Below are positions 27,201 through 37,625 of a DNA stretch of 60,307 bases, one piece after another. Origin of the DNA: a virus (Duplodnaviria; Caudoviricetes); IMG/VR virus record IMGVR_UViG_3300020373_000003, positions 1-60,307 of that record; one strand, given 5' to 3'. The translations under genes were made by a program, and so were the position numbers. Under the pieces are notes generated by a model. It saw only the letters and a program-made list of their open reading frames with translations, did no database searches and was not told the DNA's origin. How positions within the stretch are numbered: the first letter of the stretch is position 1; each line of letters begins with the position of its first letter.

Positions 27201-30123
27201 TGCATGGGCAAGTGCAGGTACATATGTGTTAGGACAAATAGTATCACATACTGATGTTACCCATCCGAATGAAGATAAATCAAGATGGTATAAATGTATA
27301 GATACAACTAATGCAGGCGTTGGTCCTCCATCCGTAAGTGGTAATGTATCTGCTCCATGGAAATTAATTGCTCCATCAGATCCTATTACACAAACAACAG
27401 CAGTAGATCCAAATAATTTGCAAGTATTTTATGGTAAAGATAGATTATATGGTAGATCAGATCATACTACAACTGCTAATTTTGGTGGTGATGAAACAAG
27501 GTATCAAGTATTCATAGCCATAAAAGATAGATCATCAGTAGAGCCAATGAATTCAGTTACTGGTGAAGTAAATGAAGGTTGGCGATTAGTAATGAACGGA
27601 TTAAAAGTAGATGTATATGGACAAGTAACCGGTGTTATTACTTGGGGTAAAAATACTAGTGCGGCATTTAAAACAATACGATATGCCCTACAAAGATCAA
27701 GATCAGGTGACCAAATTATGTGTGCACCAGGGGTATATAAAGAATTTTGCCCAATGGTAATCCCGGCAGGAGTCGGTCTACAAGGGAAAGAAATGCGTAC
27801 AACTTTTGTTGAACCTAATATGGAAGACGATGGTGGTAATGGAGTCGGAGTATCTATGTTAGGAGCAGGGTATCCTAACAATGAAGTTGCAATGTTTTAT
27901 GTAAATGATGCAGTAACAGTTAGAGGATTTACATTTAGAGGTATGGGTGGTACCTCTATAGGTGTAGGTACTCCTCATGAAGAGCCTGTAATTAAAGGTG
28001 TATGTTTTAGATTAGATCCAAATGGTGCAATTAATCTTAAATCTCCATTTATTCAAAATGCTGTTTCGATTTGTGATGGAGGCGGTGGAATATATTGTGA
28101 TGGTCATGATGCACCTTATGGTCGATATCAAAGCATGTGTACAAACGACTTTACACAGGTAAATTCAGATGGATTTGGTATATTTTGTACAAACAAAGGG
28201 CGAGTTGAAGCAGTATCGGTATTTACATATTATAATCATGTAGGATTTACTACAACTCATGGTGGTGTTTTACGTGCCGCAAACTGTAACAATTCATATG
28301 GAGAATACGGTGCAGTTTCTGAAGGTAACTTTGCAAATGAAGTAGACTTACCTCAAAAAACTGCTTCTATTGATAACAAAACAGGTGAAGCAGTACCATA
28401 TAGAGTTATGGTTGATGAAGTAAACGGAGAAGTTATAAGAGTAGAATGGAAACATGCAGGTGAAGATTATACAACTGCTAATCTAACATTTTCTGCCTCA
28501 GGTGATAATGATGCAGGAACTCCAGCGGCAGGTGGTCCGGCTGCTTTTTCATCTACTTTTGTTAACAATGGAATAACAAGAATAACATCATCAAATAATG
28601 TAGTGAATCTTAATAGATATTTTGGTAATGCCCAAGCAGGAACAAACCCAGGTTCCGGAGATGCTACTCTCCAATTAACAGCAACAGCAAACACAACACC
28701 AGCCGTAAACTTTATTGGAATGACTATTAATATTATAGGTGGTGCGGCCGCAGGGCAATTTGGAACTATTCAATCTTATGATTTTGCTACAAAAACAGCA
28801 ACATTAAATGGTGTATGGCAATCAATGAATGCTAGTGCAACTGGAACACCAGACTTTACTTCACAATATGAAGTTGTTCCGACTGTAACTTTAACATCAA
28901 CACCTGCGGCATCGGTTGATGCTATAATACATTGCCAAGTTTCAGGGCTAGCCGATGTTGAACAAATGCTTATTATACATCCAGGTTCAGGATATGATGT
29001 AACTGCACCTCCTACAATGACTATAGTCGATCCTGGAGCAGATCAAAATTCATTATCTGGATATAACCCAAGTTTTGAAATTGCCAATGGAGTGCCTGTT
29101 TGGACACGAACAGATGCTGGAGGCGGATACCCAACAGGTATGCAACAAGGACAACTTACACCTGGAACAACTATAGCAACTGTAGCAGGAGATGGTTTTG
29201 CAAATGTAAAACAAATAGGTGGTTACTTATATGTTAGAAATTTATCTCGAGAACCTAAAGATGGTTCAAATATGGAAATTGCAGGCGATTTAACTTTTTA
29301 TACTGTAGTTAATGTTTTGGGATATGCTAATACTGGCGGCGCAACCGGAACAGCATTAATACAAATATCACCTCAAATGCTAACTCAAGATTCGCCTGTT
29401 CATGGAACATTTGTTCAATTTAGAGAAGAATATTCTAGTTGTAGAATGACAGGACATGACTTTTTAGATATTGGCACAGGCGACTTTGCTACTTCTAATT
29501 ATCCAGGAATACCAACCCAAGATGCAGATCCTACACATGAGACACAAGAACATTGTGGAGGAAGAGTATTTTTTACATCAACTGACCAAGATGGTAACTA
29601 TAGTGTTGGTGGATTATTTTCTGTACAACAATCAACTGGACGAGCTACTCTTAATGCTGAAGACTTTTCATTAGCAGGATTAAATGAATTAAAACTTGGA
29701 GCATTACAATTTTCTGGATATGGTGCAACTATTGATGAATTTTCATCTGATGGAACATTAAGTGGTAATTCAGATAGTGCATTAGTAACAGAAAAAGCAA
29801 TTCGAACATACATAACTAACCAATTGGGCGGTGGTGATAACCAATTAGAGGTAAATACTGCTACAGTTGGTTCAGTATTTATATCAGGTCAAGAAATTTC
29901 AACAGTGGCCGCATCGGGAATGGACTTACAACTAACTTCAGATAGTGGTAAGGTTGTGTTTGTAGGCGAACCGCAATCTAATGCGACAATAACAACCGAT
30001 ACAAGTTTAATTACTAAAACATATTTTGAAGATAATTTCTTAACTCAAAATTTAGTTTCAAATATTATGGAAACATTAGATAATACTAGAGTAGCAGGAA
30101 CAGGATCACCGGATACACCCTAA
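24232..30123 (+). CDS. Giant multidomain virion/fibre protein (carbohydrate-binding-like repeats, CxRD helical repeats, beta-helix domain)
   Basis: 1963 aa. N-terminal W..Y..GDVV.YGG..Y repeats, four CTRD..Y..DA..YD repeats, AFKTIRYAL...PGVYKE pectin-lyase-like start, C-terminal GHDFLDIGTG and IDEFSSDGTL motifs. Confidence 0.7.
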   Translation: MADFILGRLKFKWKGDWVTSTQYIIDDIVKYGGNTYVCIINHTADALFYTDLDSNAYWSLHTESFAYDSSNTAWQATTAYKNNDVVRWGANLYLCNTHHTSGNDWATNSAKFTLFVPGLEFEDSYNNTTQYQLGDVVTYGGYTYTAKQDTVGNLPTHTTYWDVLTTGFKVRGEYNAGTAYNPGNVVTRNGYVYVAIVDTTGNSPTIQDTDPQSQTYNETITNATYWELINTGFQFKGDWNGASTYYLGDVAKEGNSSYICVDEHTGDGSSSSPTKPPSAYWDTLAAGDTTIVMNTPGDIMIRTSTNQKLNVGAKGWKLRADEGQNFPIHWDPDDESYTWYVDYHKGSDEENLTYSPGVVSTGSMSSGEQTLCTRDLGYVLDAAKYDMAVGTNYMQHIVGVRMNYGVNVTTADRIRVLGAIEHAKLATVAINSVSSKSVILAEVTQSFDEVTDIINNGLPAADPISFPDFGASSNKINAVAQMQANKNFIAAEVNAWIEDYIGAMTQAEQDLCTRDIEYVINAAKYDMAMATNYMSVITGIRFNHALYAVSSDKVRVQEAVDHSEASIQALTNVTGGSEAAIVAAYAEIKDIMDNGIGNADTPTFPDFNTGRSDWTDRKNGGAQLQANKDFIAEDVNKWVSVNHTSHFNTYDEAKCTRDTGYLLDAITYDLMYGGTSATTIMAKAFFDGGISQLTTPTERNVTVQAYQHLALIADDVVQETAVTPQTGNNEVQDTSGTAATQAEGTIVQNLMQIIEDAIYANSVSGVPAAIYPDVATSTHITPFTDIGTDQTTIIAAAVGSVASSAGYVHNASLCTRDSKYFIDALSYDLLYGGDFGTHVCAFSFFDGGASQIPANHRETTGLAYNYMADVLKYCIEEDTTWNPEQSVITQNTSGQAGTSAESTIVDTNLQVIETAVTTNTIPATSITYPAITNALVDNTTAFNDITSSQGTIISNAVAAVAAGQITGSGVADYAGGTTYTAGTVCRWAPPAWASAGTYVLGQIVSHTDVTHPNEDKSRWYKCIDTTNAGVGPPSVSGNVSAPWKLIAPSDPITQTTAVDPNNLQVFYGKDRLYGRSDHTTTANFGGDETRYQVFIAIKDRSSVEPMNSVTGEVNEGWRLVMNGLKVDVYGQVTGVITWGKNTSAAFKTIRYALQRSRSGDQIMCAPGVYKEFCPMVIPAGVGLQGKEMRTTFVEPNMEDDGGNGVGVSMLGAGYPNNEVAMFYVNDAVTVRGFTFRGMGGTSIGVGTPHEEPVIKGVCFRLDPNGAINLKSPFIQNAVSICDGGGGIYCDGHDAPYGRYQSMCTNDFTQVNSDGFGIFCTNKGRVEAVSVFTYYNHVGFTTTHGGVLRAANCNNSYGEYGAVSEGNFANEVDLPQKTASIDNKTGEAVPYRVMVDEVNGEVIRVEWKHAGEDYTTANLTFSASGDNDAGTPAAGGPAAFSSTFVNNGITRITSSNNVVNLNRYFGNAQAGTNPGSGDATLQLTATANTTPAVNFIGMTINIIGGAAAGQFGTIQSYDFATKTATLNGVWQSMNASATGTPDFTSQYEVVPTVTLTSTPAASVDAIIHCQVSGLADVEQMLIIHPGSGYDVTAPPTMTIVDPGADQNSLSGYNPSFEIANGVPVWTRTDAGGGYPTGMQQGQLTPGTTIATVAGDGFANVKQIGGYLYVRNLSREPKDGSNMEIAGDLTFYTVVNVLGYANTGGATGTALIQISPQMLTQDSPVHGTFVQFREEYSSCRMTGHDFLDIGTGDFATSNYPGIPTQDADPTHETQEHCGGRVFFTSTDQDGNYSVGGLFSVQQSTGRATLNAEDFSLAGLNELKLGALQFSGYGATIDEFSSDGTLSGNSDSALVTEKAIRTYITNQLGGGDNQLEVNTATVGSVFISGQEISTVAASGMDLQLTSDSGKVVFVGEPQSNATITTDTSLITKTYFEDNFLTQNLVSNIMETLDNTRVAGTGSPDTP

Positions 30124-30134
30124 AAGGATAAATT

Positions 30135-31682
30135 ATGGCAACAGGTACAACAACAAAACAAACATTATTAGATCAAATTGATAATAAAGTAGCAACTGCA
30201 AATGCTACAGAAGTATCTCAACTTTCAAAAGCGATTAATAATGTACAAGAGGTAATCCAAGAGGATAGAGTATTTTCTCAACATCCTAGAGGATCGAATG
30301 AATTATATTTTGAACGAGATGCAGAATTTGTCATTTGGTGTGGTAGACAGCATAATCATAGTCATGATGGTGGTGGAGCTATTATATACGATAGCAATTT
30401 AGATATTTACGATAATACTCAATTTGCAGGATTTCATTGTTATAATGGAGGTGTTGATGGTACTTTTGGACACCATGGTTGGGGATCAACTGAAGCATGG
30501 GACCACGGCGGAAATCATTGTTGGTTAGATACTACATGTCATTCACACACACATCATTGTTATATTAATGGAACAGATGCAGTAGGTGAATTAGGTCATT
30601 ATAGACTTAAAATGGGAGAAGGTGGACATATAGGTTATTATACTTCTCATTTAGGTACTTTTAGACAAAGAGAAATGTCTAAGATAGGATCCTGGGAAGT
30701 TCGTGATAATAGATATTATGTTACTTACACTCATAATCAAGTTGCTATTATTAACAGATTTATGACAGAACATGGTAGAGCAACTGCAACATCATCAAAA
30801 CATATACCAGGGGAAACAGGTAACAATTATGGTTGTTCTTCGTTTAATAGAAAACGTAAAGAAGTATGTTTTATTAATCCTGCTCAACCTGTAATGGATT
30901 ATGCTAGTAATCATTTAACTTCTACGAATAGTCATCATTGGAATGCTATTACAAATGGTGGTGAATTAGAAACCATGGAAGGTAATCAAATGAATAGGCA
31001 TCGTTGCCGAATGTATTATGGTATTCAGCAGATTGATGGTGCAACAAATTTAGAAAAAGTATTAGATGATAAAACTGCAAAAAATTTATACTTTAACTGG
31101 ATTTATGGTATGAATACTTGTTATATAGGTTCACATTGGCAGGCAAAATGTACTTTAGTTGATAATGGATCAATATTTGCAATGACACAAAATCCATATA
31201 ACTCTTATACATTAGCAAGATTGGTTAGACAACGTGATGATAGAGCAATTAGGTTTGAAACAAGACAAACACAATATTGTAATAACTGTTATGGACAGCA
31301 TAATAATCACGCCGCAGGAGTAAGAATTGTTCAAAGTAGAAATAAACGAAATGTATGTATGTTTGGGCCTTATTACTATTATGGTGGTGGAATGTGCGGT
31401 TGGATTATTTCAAGAGATACCTCAAGAGAATATCCGGAATTATGGAGTCATCATACAAGTTATGGCTTACAAATAAGTCCATTTAGAGATGCAGATTTTT
31501 ATTTGCATGTTGCACATGATTGGAATGATTGGGGCGGTCATAATAAAACCTCAAGAATAGCATTTCAAAATGGAAAAGGACATTTTGAATCATATTGGGT
31601 AGGTGAACAAATGGATTCACAAGGGCATAGCACACAGTATCCGGCTGTTTGTCCTTTACATAAAGACGGTTTAACATATTAA
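30135..31682 (+). CDS. His/Cys/Trp-rich virion appendage protein, paralog 1 of 4
   Basis: Shares KQ.L.D.I N-terminus, GTDAVGELGHYR, QSRNK and terminal T.YP...P with the next three ORFs. Confidence 0.6.
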   Translation: MATGTTTKQTLLDQIDNKVATANATEVSQLSKAINNVQEVIQEDRVFSQHPRGSNELYFERDAEFVIWCGRQHNHSHDGGGAIIYDSNLDIYDNTQFAGFHCYNGGVDGTFGHHGWGSTEAWDHGGNHCWLDTTCHSHTHHCYINGTDAVGELGHYRLKMGEGGHIGYYTSHLGTFRQREMSKIGSWEVRDNRYYVTYTHNQVAIINRFMTEHGRATATSSKHIPGETGNNYGCSSFNRKRKEVCFINPAQPVMDYASNHLTSTNSHHWNAITNGGELETMEGNQMNRHRCRMYYGIQQIDGATNLEKVLDDKTAKNLYFNWIYGMNTCYIGSHWQAKCTLVDNGSIFAMTQNPYNSYTLARLVRQRDDRAIRFETRQTQYCNNCYGQHNNHAAGVRIVQSRNKRNVCMFGPYYYYGGGMCGWIISRDTSREYPELWSHHTSYGLQISPFRDADFYLHVAHDWNDWGGHNKTSRIAFQNGKGHFESYWVGEQMDSQGHSTQYPAVCPLHKDGLTY

Positions 31683-31694
31683 GGTGATTTAACT

Positions 31695-33125
31695 ATGAGT
31701 AATGAAACTATTAAACAAGCAAAAGATGCAGTATTAGATAGAATAACGGCATTGGCTGAAGATTCAAATACAGATGCATCTGATACTATATTATTAACAG
31801 ATGCTTTAACTACAGTTAATGATGGAGTAAATGAAACTACTGCAATTAAACCCGCTCCAGACTATCATTATCGTAATACTAGGCCAGAATATGGAATATG
31901 GTCTTCGCATCATGGCCATGGTGGCGGAATAACAATTGTAGATGAAATGGCATACCCAATTAGACAACGAGGGTATTGGCATACTAGTTACGAAGATACT
32001 GCCGATGGCGGTTGGAATGGAGTTTATTCCGGCGGAATGAAAGAACAATGGGCAGGTAATAATTGTTATTATAGATGTAATGATCATGCACCTAGTGGTA
32101 CAGATTGTTATTTAAGTGGTACAACATCTGTAGGTGAGTTAGGTCATTATAGAATGATTGTAGGTTACAGATCATTAGAAACTTGCAGAGTTGCGGCATG
32201 GGCAGATAATTATCGAACAGAAAATTTTTATGCAGGTAATGCAGAATTAGATGATAGAGAATGTTACTTAAAATATCAAGACCAAACTGTATCTTTACGT
32301 TTGCGACATTTTGCATATGACCATACTCCATTAAGTTCATATGATACCACTAATAATACTAATAATAACAGAGGTGGAGTTTCTTATAATAAAGCAATTG
32401 CCGAGTTAGTTGTTCTTAATAGAAAGTTAACTACTAGTACATTTACTACAAAAATTTATAAAAATATAACAGAAATAAACCGAAAAACTAATTTAGACAC
32501 AGTTTTAGCCGCCGCAGTTTCAGGTGGTAATTCTGTTGCATTAGACTATACTCATGCAGATGGTTATGATGCAGGTGATTTAGAAACATATGAAAATAAT
32601 AAAATTGTATTATGTGATGATAAAACTATGTTTGTTACTACACATCAACCTAGCAATTATCTTCATATTGCCCAATTAACAAGAGATGTTGCTGATACTA
32701 CACTTTCATATGGAAACCATGCCCAAAGGCAGGTAGGATCACCTACATATGGTCAAGGTAATAATGCCGGTCATGGACATATGTTAGTTCAAAGTAGAGA
32801 TAAGAAAAATATATTTTTGTTTTGTCCTTATTATCAATATCAACGAGGTATGGTAAGTTATATTGTTTGTAAAGATAGAAGTGAATATAAAGAAGGATTT
32901 AACTGGGATACTACAACTCATGGAGCTCAAGTAGGACCATATGGTGATAGAGGGTTTGCTATATCACGAAATCATAATTGGGATTGGCCCGGATCTCAAT
33001 CAGTTATATGTATGATACAAAAAGAAACCGACGGAACATGGATCGAAACAGATACCGGTGGACAGATGGATAATAATAGTTGGTGGACAACAATGTATCC
33101 AACTTTAGTACCATTAAATTATTAA
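31695..33125 (+). CDS. His/Cys/Trp-rich virion appendage protein, paralog 2 of 4
   Basis: GTTSVGELGHYR, QSRDKKN and TMYPTLVP motifs. Confidence 0.6.
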   Translation: MSNETIKQAKDAVLDRITALAEDSNTDASDTILLTDALTTVNDGVNETTAIKPAPDYHYRNTRPEYGIWSSHHGHGGGITIVDEMAYPIRQRGYWHTSYEDTADGGWNGVYSGGMKEQWAGNNCYYRCNDHAPSGTDCYLSGTTSVGELGHYRMIVGYRSLETCRVAAWADNYRTENFYAGNAELDDRECYLKYQDQTVSLRLRHFAYDHTPLSSYDTTNNTNNNRGGVSYNKAIAELVVLNRKLTTSTFTTKIYKNITEINRKTNLDTVLAAAVSGGNSVALDYTHADGYDAGDLETYENNKIVLCDDKTMFVTTHQPSNYLHIAQLTRDVADTTLSYGNHAQRQVGSPTYGQGNNAGHGHMLVQSRDKKNIFLFCPYYQYQRGMVSYIVCKDRSEYKEGFNWDTTTHGAQVGPYGDRGFAISRNHNWDWPGSQSVICMIQKETDGTWIETDTGGQMDNNSWWTTMYPTLVPLNY

Positions 33126-33137
33126 GGAATATAAAAA

Positions 33138-34952
33138 ATGCAATTTAACCAAGAACGATTAGACGAAGTAATTCCTCGGAAAGAAACGATAGTTAAGCAA
33201 AAATTAATGGACAAAATTAATGCTTTAGGAGCTGATTCGAGCACTTCTGTAAAAGATTTAACTTATTTGTCTAAATCCTTAGAGGTTTTAAATAAAAAAG
33301 TTAAAGAAGATACATTTACAGATGGAACAGGACCTGATTGCTATGGTCGTCGACTTAAACAACAAGAAGTACCGCATACTTCACTGCCTGGATGGAATAC
33401 AGGAAGAGGTGAATCAAGAAATGCGTCTCCTGCTCAATTTGGTATTTATACTTCGCACTATGCATGGTCATGTGGTATAACAATTTATGATGAAAAATGT
33501 GAACCAATGACTAATTCTCGTTGGTCATGGTGCCATCATTATGGTGGTTCTACCGGAGGGCAATACGGACCTTGGTCAACCGGACAAAGAAGTGCATGTT
33601 GGGATTGGAACGGTAATCCTTGTTATTTTAATACCCATACTCATACATCAAGTAGTCATTGCTATAATAATGGTGCAGATTCATGCGGACCACATGGTAA
33701 TAGTAACTTAATTACATCACCTGCGGCATCGTTATCTACTGTTTTTTGGAATAATGAAAATAACCAAGCAAGTGGTATTGGTATGCGACATGAAAAAAGA
33801 AACGAACAAATTGAAACCGGTAACTACGAACCAACAGACAAATATACATATTTAATATATCAAAATTCGTCTATTAGATTACGAAATAAAAAAGTTATGC
33901 CAGGAGCGGCTAACTTAGATTATTCCCAAAAAGCTACAACAAATGGTGATTCTGCCGCATATGGTTCATTATCACATAATGCAGAACGTAAAGAATTAGC
34001 AGTTTTAAATAGAAATCATGCTATTTTGAATCAAGAAAATCAGAATGGTTATTATTTTGATACAAAAATTTACAAAAATGTGCCCGACATTAATTTATCA
34101 ACTGATTTAGGTACAGCATTAGATAATGCTACATCAAAAACATTTCGAAATAGAATAGATGATGGTGGTGGCCAAGGTACTTATACTCCAATATCTAATG
34201 CTGGAAATAGTTTAGAATATGGTATTCAAGGTAGACAGATATATGGAAATACCCTTTATGATCCAGGCGAACGGGAAGAAGGAAGAGCAGGAATGAAAAT
34301 TGTATTAGTTGACACTGGTGATATTTATTGGAGTATTACTCATTCTTCTGCTCATTCTTTACATAGATGTAATAGATATACTGTTGACGGTGTAACAAAT
34401 GATGATTTTTATGCTGGAGGATTTGTACCAGTTTGGAATAAAATGGCCGCAATGGCTGGTTATAAAGGACAAGATGAATATTTAAATGAAAATCAAATTG
34501 GTTATGATGATAGAACTGAAGTAGTACAATATATGTATTTAAACAATTTTTATGGAAGAGAAGCAGGAACAAGTCATCCAAACGGAGCTTCTCATTCTCC
34601 TAATCATGTTAATATAATGAGTAGAAATCATAGAAATATTATATTACAAACGGCTTATTATCATTATGGTTGTGGAATGGCCGCATTTTTAATTGATAAA
34701 CGATTTAGTAGGCATCAAATTGCATGGTACACAAGGGACACAACATATGGATGTCAATGGGGTCCTTTTGGTGAAGAAGGTTTTGTTGCTAGTTTTAGTC
34801 GTAATAAGCATGGATCTGATGGCTCATATCGTTTATATCTTATGAGACAAGACCAAAATACAGGTACATGGATGCGGAGTGAAATGTCAAGAGCAATGGC
34901 ATCAACCAATCCTAATTATACAACATATCCAACATTGATACCAATACTGTAA
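33138..34952 (+). CDS. His/Cys/Trp-rich virion appendage protein, paralog 3 of 4
   Basis: KQKLMDKINAL, GNPCYFNTHTH, MSRNHRN and TTYPTLIP motifs. Confidence 0.6.
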   Translation: MQFNQERLDEVIPRKETIVKQKLMDKINALGADSSTSVKDLTYLSKSLEVLNKKVKEDTFTDGTGPDCYGRRLKQQEVPHTSLPGWNTGRGESRNASPAQFGIYTSHYAWSCGITIYDEKCEPMTNSRWSWCHHYGGSTGGQYGPWSTGQRSACWDWNGNPCYFNTHTHTSSSHCYNNGADSCGPHGNSNLITSPAASLSTVFWNNENNQASGIGMRHEKRNEQIETGNYEPTDKYTYLIYQNSSIRLRNKKVMPGAANLDYSQKATTNGDSAAYGSLSHNAERKELAVLNRNHAILNQENQNGYYFDTKIYKNVPDINLSTDLGTALDNATSKTFRNRIDDGGGQGTYTPISNAGNSLEYGIQGRQIYGNTLYDPGEREEGRAGMKIVLVDTGDIYWSITHSSAHSLHRCNRYTVDGVTNDDFYAGGFVPVWNKMAAMAGYKGQDEYLNENQIGYDDRTEVVQYMYLNNFYGREAGTSHPNGASHSPNHVNIMSRNHRNIILQTAYYHYGCGMAAFLIDKRFSRHQIAWYTRDTTYGCQWGPFGEEGFVASFSRNKHGSDGSYRLYLMRQDQNTGTWMRSEMSRAMASTNPNYTTYPTLIPIL

Positions 34953-34966
34953 TACAAGGAAAATAA

Positions 34967-36916
34967 ATGGCAACTTTTAATAGTATAAAACAAAAATTGA
35001 TAGATAGAGTATATAACTTAGCTGGTTTTGCTAATGCCGCAGATACTAACTTTCTAGCAAAAGCATTAGATCAAATTGAATCTAATCCTCAACATCCATA
35101 TCTAGGTAGGGTTAATATTGAAAATGCAGAGTTAAATGAAGACGGTCTTGATAGAGAACGAGCAACTCAATCTACTTCTACTTCTGTAATTTCTCCTTTA
35201 GGGGGCGGAGTTCATAGAGAACAACAAACACGATCCGATGGAGAAATGGGAACATATACAAACTATCAAAATAATAAAGGCCAACGTGATGAGGCAAAAC
35301 CTCAATTTTCTATATGGAGTGCTCATAGTAATTATACAGGTGGTAGTATTACATATGATCAATATTTTCGGCCTTATGAACGAAGACAATATAAAACACA
35401 AGGTGGTCATTGGTATACAGGTGGAGATGGTGGAGATACAACATCATTATATTCAAGCCATCATAAAAATTGGGGTGCCCATAATAATCATTGTTGGTTA
35501 AAAACAGGATGTCATGCTACATCTAGTAATACATCAACAGGTGAACAACATCCAAGTGGAACAGATGCTGTCGGTGAAGTCGGACATTATAGAATTAAAA
35601 TGGGGCATGGAGCGATGCCAACATCAAGATTCCATGATTATGGTAATGCATTTAGATATGAGAATGTTGAAGCAGGTAGTTGTGATTTAGACCATAGACA
35701 ATCTTATATGAAATACCAAGGACATTATGTCCATTTAAGAGAGAAATGGATGCCAGGAACTCATGTAACATGGGCAAGTCATGATGCATGGGCTATGTAC
35801 GAATATAGAGGTTCTCCTTCTATGTATGAAATTACATATAATGAGGCTACAACTGTTGAATCAGGATATGGAACATTAACTTATAATAAAACAAGAGAAG
35901 AATTTGTAGTTGCTAATCAGTTAGCAGATGGTTCTGCAGGATACATTATGAAAATTTTTACTAATGTTCCAAAAATAGATAGATTAACTTGTTTAGAAGA
36001 TGTATTGTTAGAAGAAAATGCAGTTTATGTAAAATTTTCTTGGGGATCAGGATTTAACTCTGCAAATGCAGAATCACAACGATGTGGTAAATTTACTTTA
36101 GTAGATGATGGACAAATTTATGCTACTATGATGAATCTAAGTAATAACTATAATTTAGGAAAAATAGATAATACATGGCGAGATAAATCAACCCAATCAA
36201 CTGGCGATCAACCTAATAATAAAGTATATAGATTAATTATTACTAAACCAGGAAAAGGATATACTTCTGCTCCAACTTTTTCTATTGCGACACCGGCTGA
36301 TGTTAGTGGAACCCAAGCAACTGGTACAGTTACCGTGGCAAATGGGAGAGGAACAGATACAACTGTTGTTGATGGCGGTAGTCATTATGATTATTCAGTA
36401 GAACCTAATCCGGTTGTTACTATAGATAATGGTTCCACTGGTGGAACAGGAATGGAAATTAAAGCAGTATTAGTTACTATTGGTGCATTTTCTGCATTAG
36501 ATTCACAATCATTAAATAGTCCAACATATGGCAGAGATTCAGGACCGTATGGACAACGAATTGTAATGAGCAGAAATAAGCAAATAGTATATCATTATTG
36601 CCAATATTATGGATTAAGATGTGGTATGCGAAGTTGGATTATTGATAAAAAGAATAGTGAATGGACCCAAGGAGAATCTAATAGTGATAATTCTTATGGT
36701 TGGCAAGTAGTAGCATTTGGAGAAGAAGATTTTTATGTCCATCATGGAGATAATTGGGATAACCCTGATGATGGTTCACAACATCATGGTTATGTTTGGT
36801 ATCAAGTTGCACCACATGATGGTACATCGACTTCTTGGAAAAATAACATGATTGGCAAACATTTAGACATAATGGCACATACAACAAACTATCCGTGTGT
36901 GGTGCCAATCTTCTGA
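34967..36916 (+). CDS. His/Cys/Trp-rich virion appendage protein, paralog 4 of 4 (with inserted beta-repeat)
   Basis: KQKLIDRV, GTDAVGEVGHYR, MSRNKQ and TNYPCVVP motifs; extra PGKGYTSAPT segment. Confidence 0.6.
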   Translation: MATFNSIKQKLIDRVYNLAGFANAADTNFLAKALDQIESNPQHPYLGRVNIENAELNEDGLDRERATQSTSTSVISPLGGGVHREQQTRSDGEMGTYTNYQNNKGQRDEAKPQFSIWSAHSNYTGGSITYDQYFRPYERRQYKTQGGHWYTGGDGGDTTSLYSSHHKNWGAHNNHCWLKTGCHATSSNTSTGEQHPSGTDAVGEVGHYRIKMGHGAMPTSRFHDYGNAFRYENVEAGSCDLDHRQSYMKYQGHYVHLREKWMPGTHVTWASHDAWAMYEYRGSPSMYEITYNEATTVESGYGTLTYNKTREEFVVANQLADGSAGYIMKIFTNVPKIDRLTCLEDVLLEENAVYVKFSWGSGFNSANAESQRCGKFTLVDDGQIYATMMNLSNNYNLGKIDNTWRDKSTQSTGDQPNNKVYRLIITKPGKGYTSAPTFSIATPADVSGTQATGTVTVANGRGTDTTVVDGGSHYDYSVEPNPVVTIDNGSTGGTGMEIKAVLVTIGAFSALDSQSLNSPTYGRDSGPYGQRIVMSRNKQIVYHYCQYYGLRCGMRSWIIDKKNSEWTQGESNSDNSYGWQVVAFGEEDFYVHHGDNWDNPDDGSQHHGYVWYQVAPHDGTSTSWKNNMIGKHLDIMAHTTNYPCVVPIF

Positions 36917-37010
36917 ATGAAAGGTATAAATATATAAAAGAACTTTGCACAGAAATGTAAATTGCATCGAATTGCAAATGATAAATATATTGTAAGTAAA
37001 AGGATTACAA

Positions 37011-37625
37011 ATGGCAAAAATAGATTTTGATACAAAAAACATTGGAAAACAAATTCATGATGACGGTGAATTTGATTTACCTGCACACTTACATAGCGGA
37101 GAAGGACAAGACTTAACTTTGCCATCTAGATACGGCATTAATAAATCAGAAGATCCTGTTATTGTGTTTGATAGATTTCCGGGGTGGACAGACGACGCGG
37201 CAAAGACAGAATTAGATAGAATTTGGACAGAAGATGTTTGGCCAAGCAGAGTTTCTCAATTTTTAGCCGCTACGGAACAAATAAAAGCAGAGGCTAACGC
37301 TAGATTTAGAGAAAGTGGATGGAAATTAGAAAAAGCATTAGATACCGCTGAAGGTGATTGGACACATGCCGATGTAACGGCCGCCTTAGCAGATAGAGCA
37401 GAAACGAGAACTAAATCAGGCGAGCACGAACAAAAAATTAAAGACGCATTAGTAGCAAGAAAACATCCAGATGATTGGCCAGCAATTGACGGTTGGACTT
37501 GTCCGTTAGCAGACAAGTATAAACCTGTTCAAGATGGATCAGATACAGCGGCAGGAATTGCGGCTACCAAAGCGGCAAGAGTAAAAGCAGACTTTGATGT
37601 TGATGATCCAGGTTCTGGACTTTAA
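37011..37625 (+). CDS. Possible tail-fibre assembly chaperone
   Basis: IKAEANARF..SGWK...R...R helical pattern typical of fibre chaperones; directly after the paralog array. Confidence 0.45.
   Translation: MAKIDFDTKNIGKQIHDDGEFDLPAHLHSGEGQDLTLPSRYGINKSEDPVIVFDRFPGWTDDAAKTELDRIWTEDVWPSRVSQFLAATEQIKAEANARFRESGWKLEKALDTAEGDWTHADVTAALADRAETRTKSGEHEQKIKDALVARKHPDDWPAIDGWTCPLADKYKPVQDGSDTAAGIAATKAARVKADFDVDDPGSGL

Noticed and set aside
30135-36916. Diversity-generating retroelement acting on the paralog array or fibres
   Set aside because: No reverse transcriptase in the window and no near-identical TR/VR pair with adenine-specific mismatches seen; the paralogs are anciently diverged.
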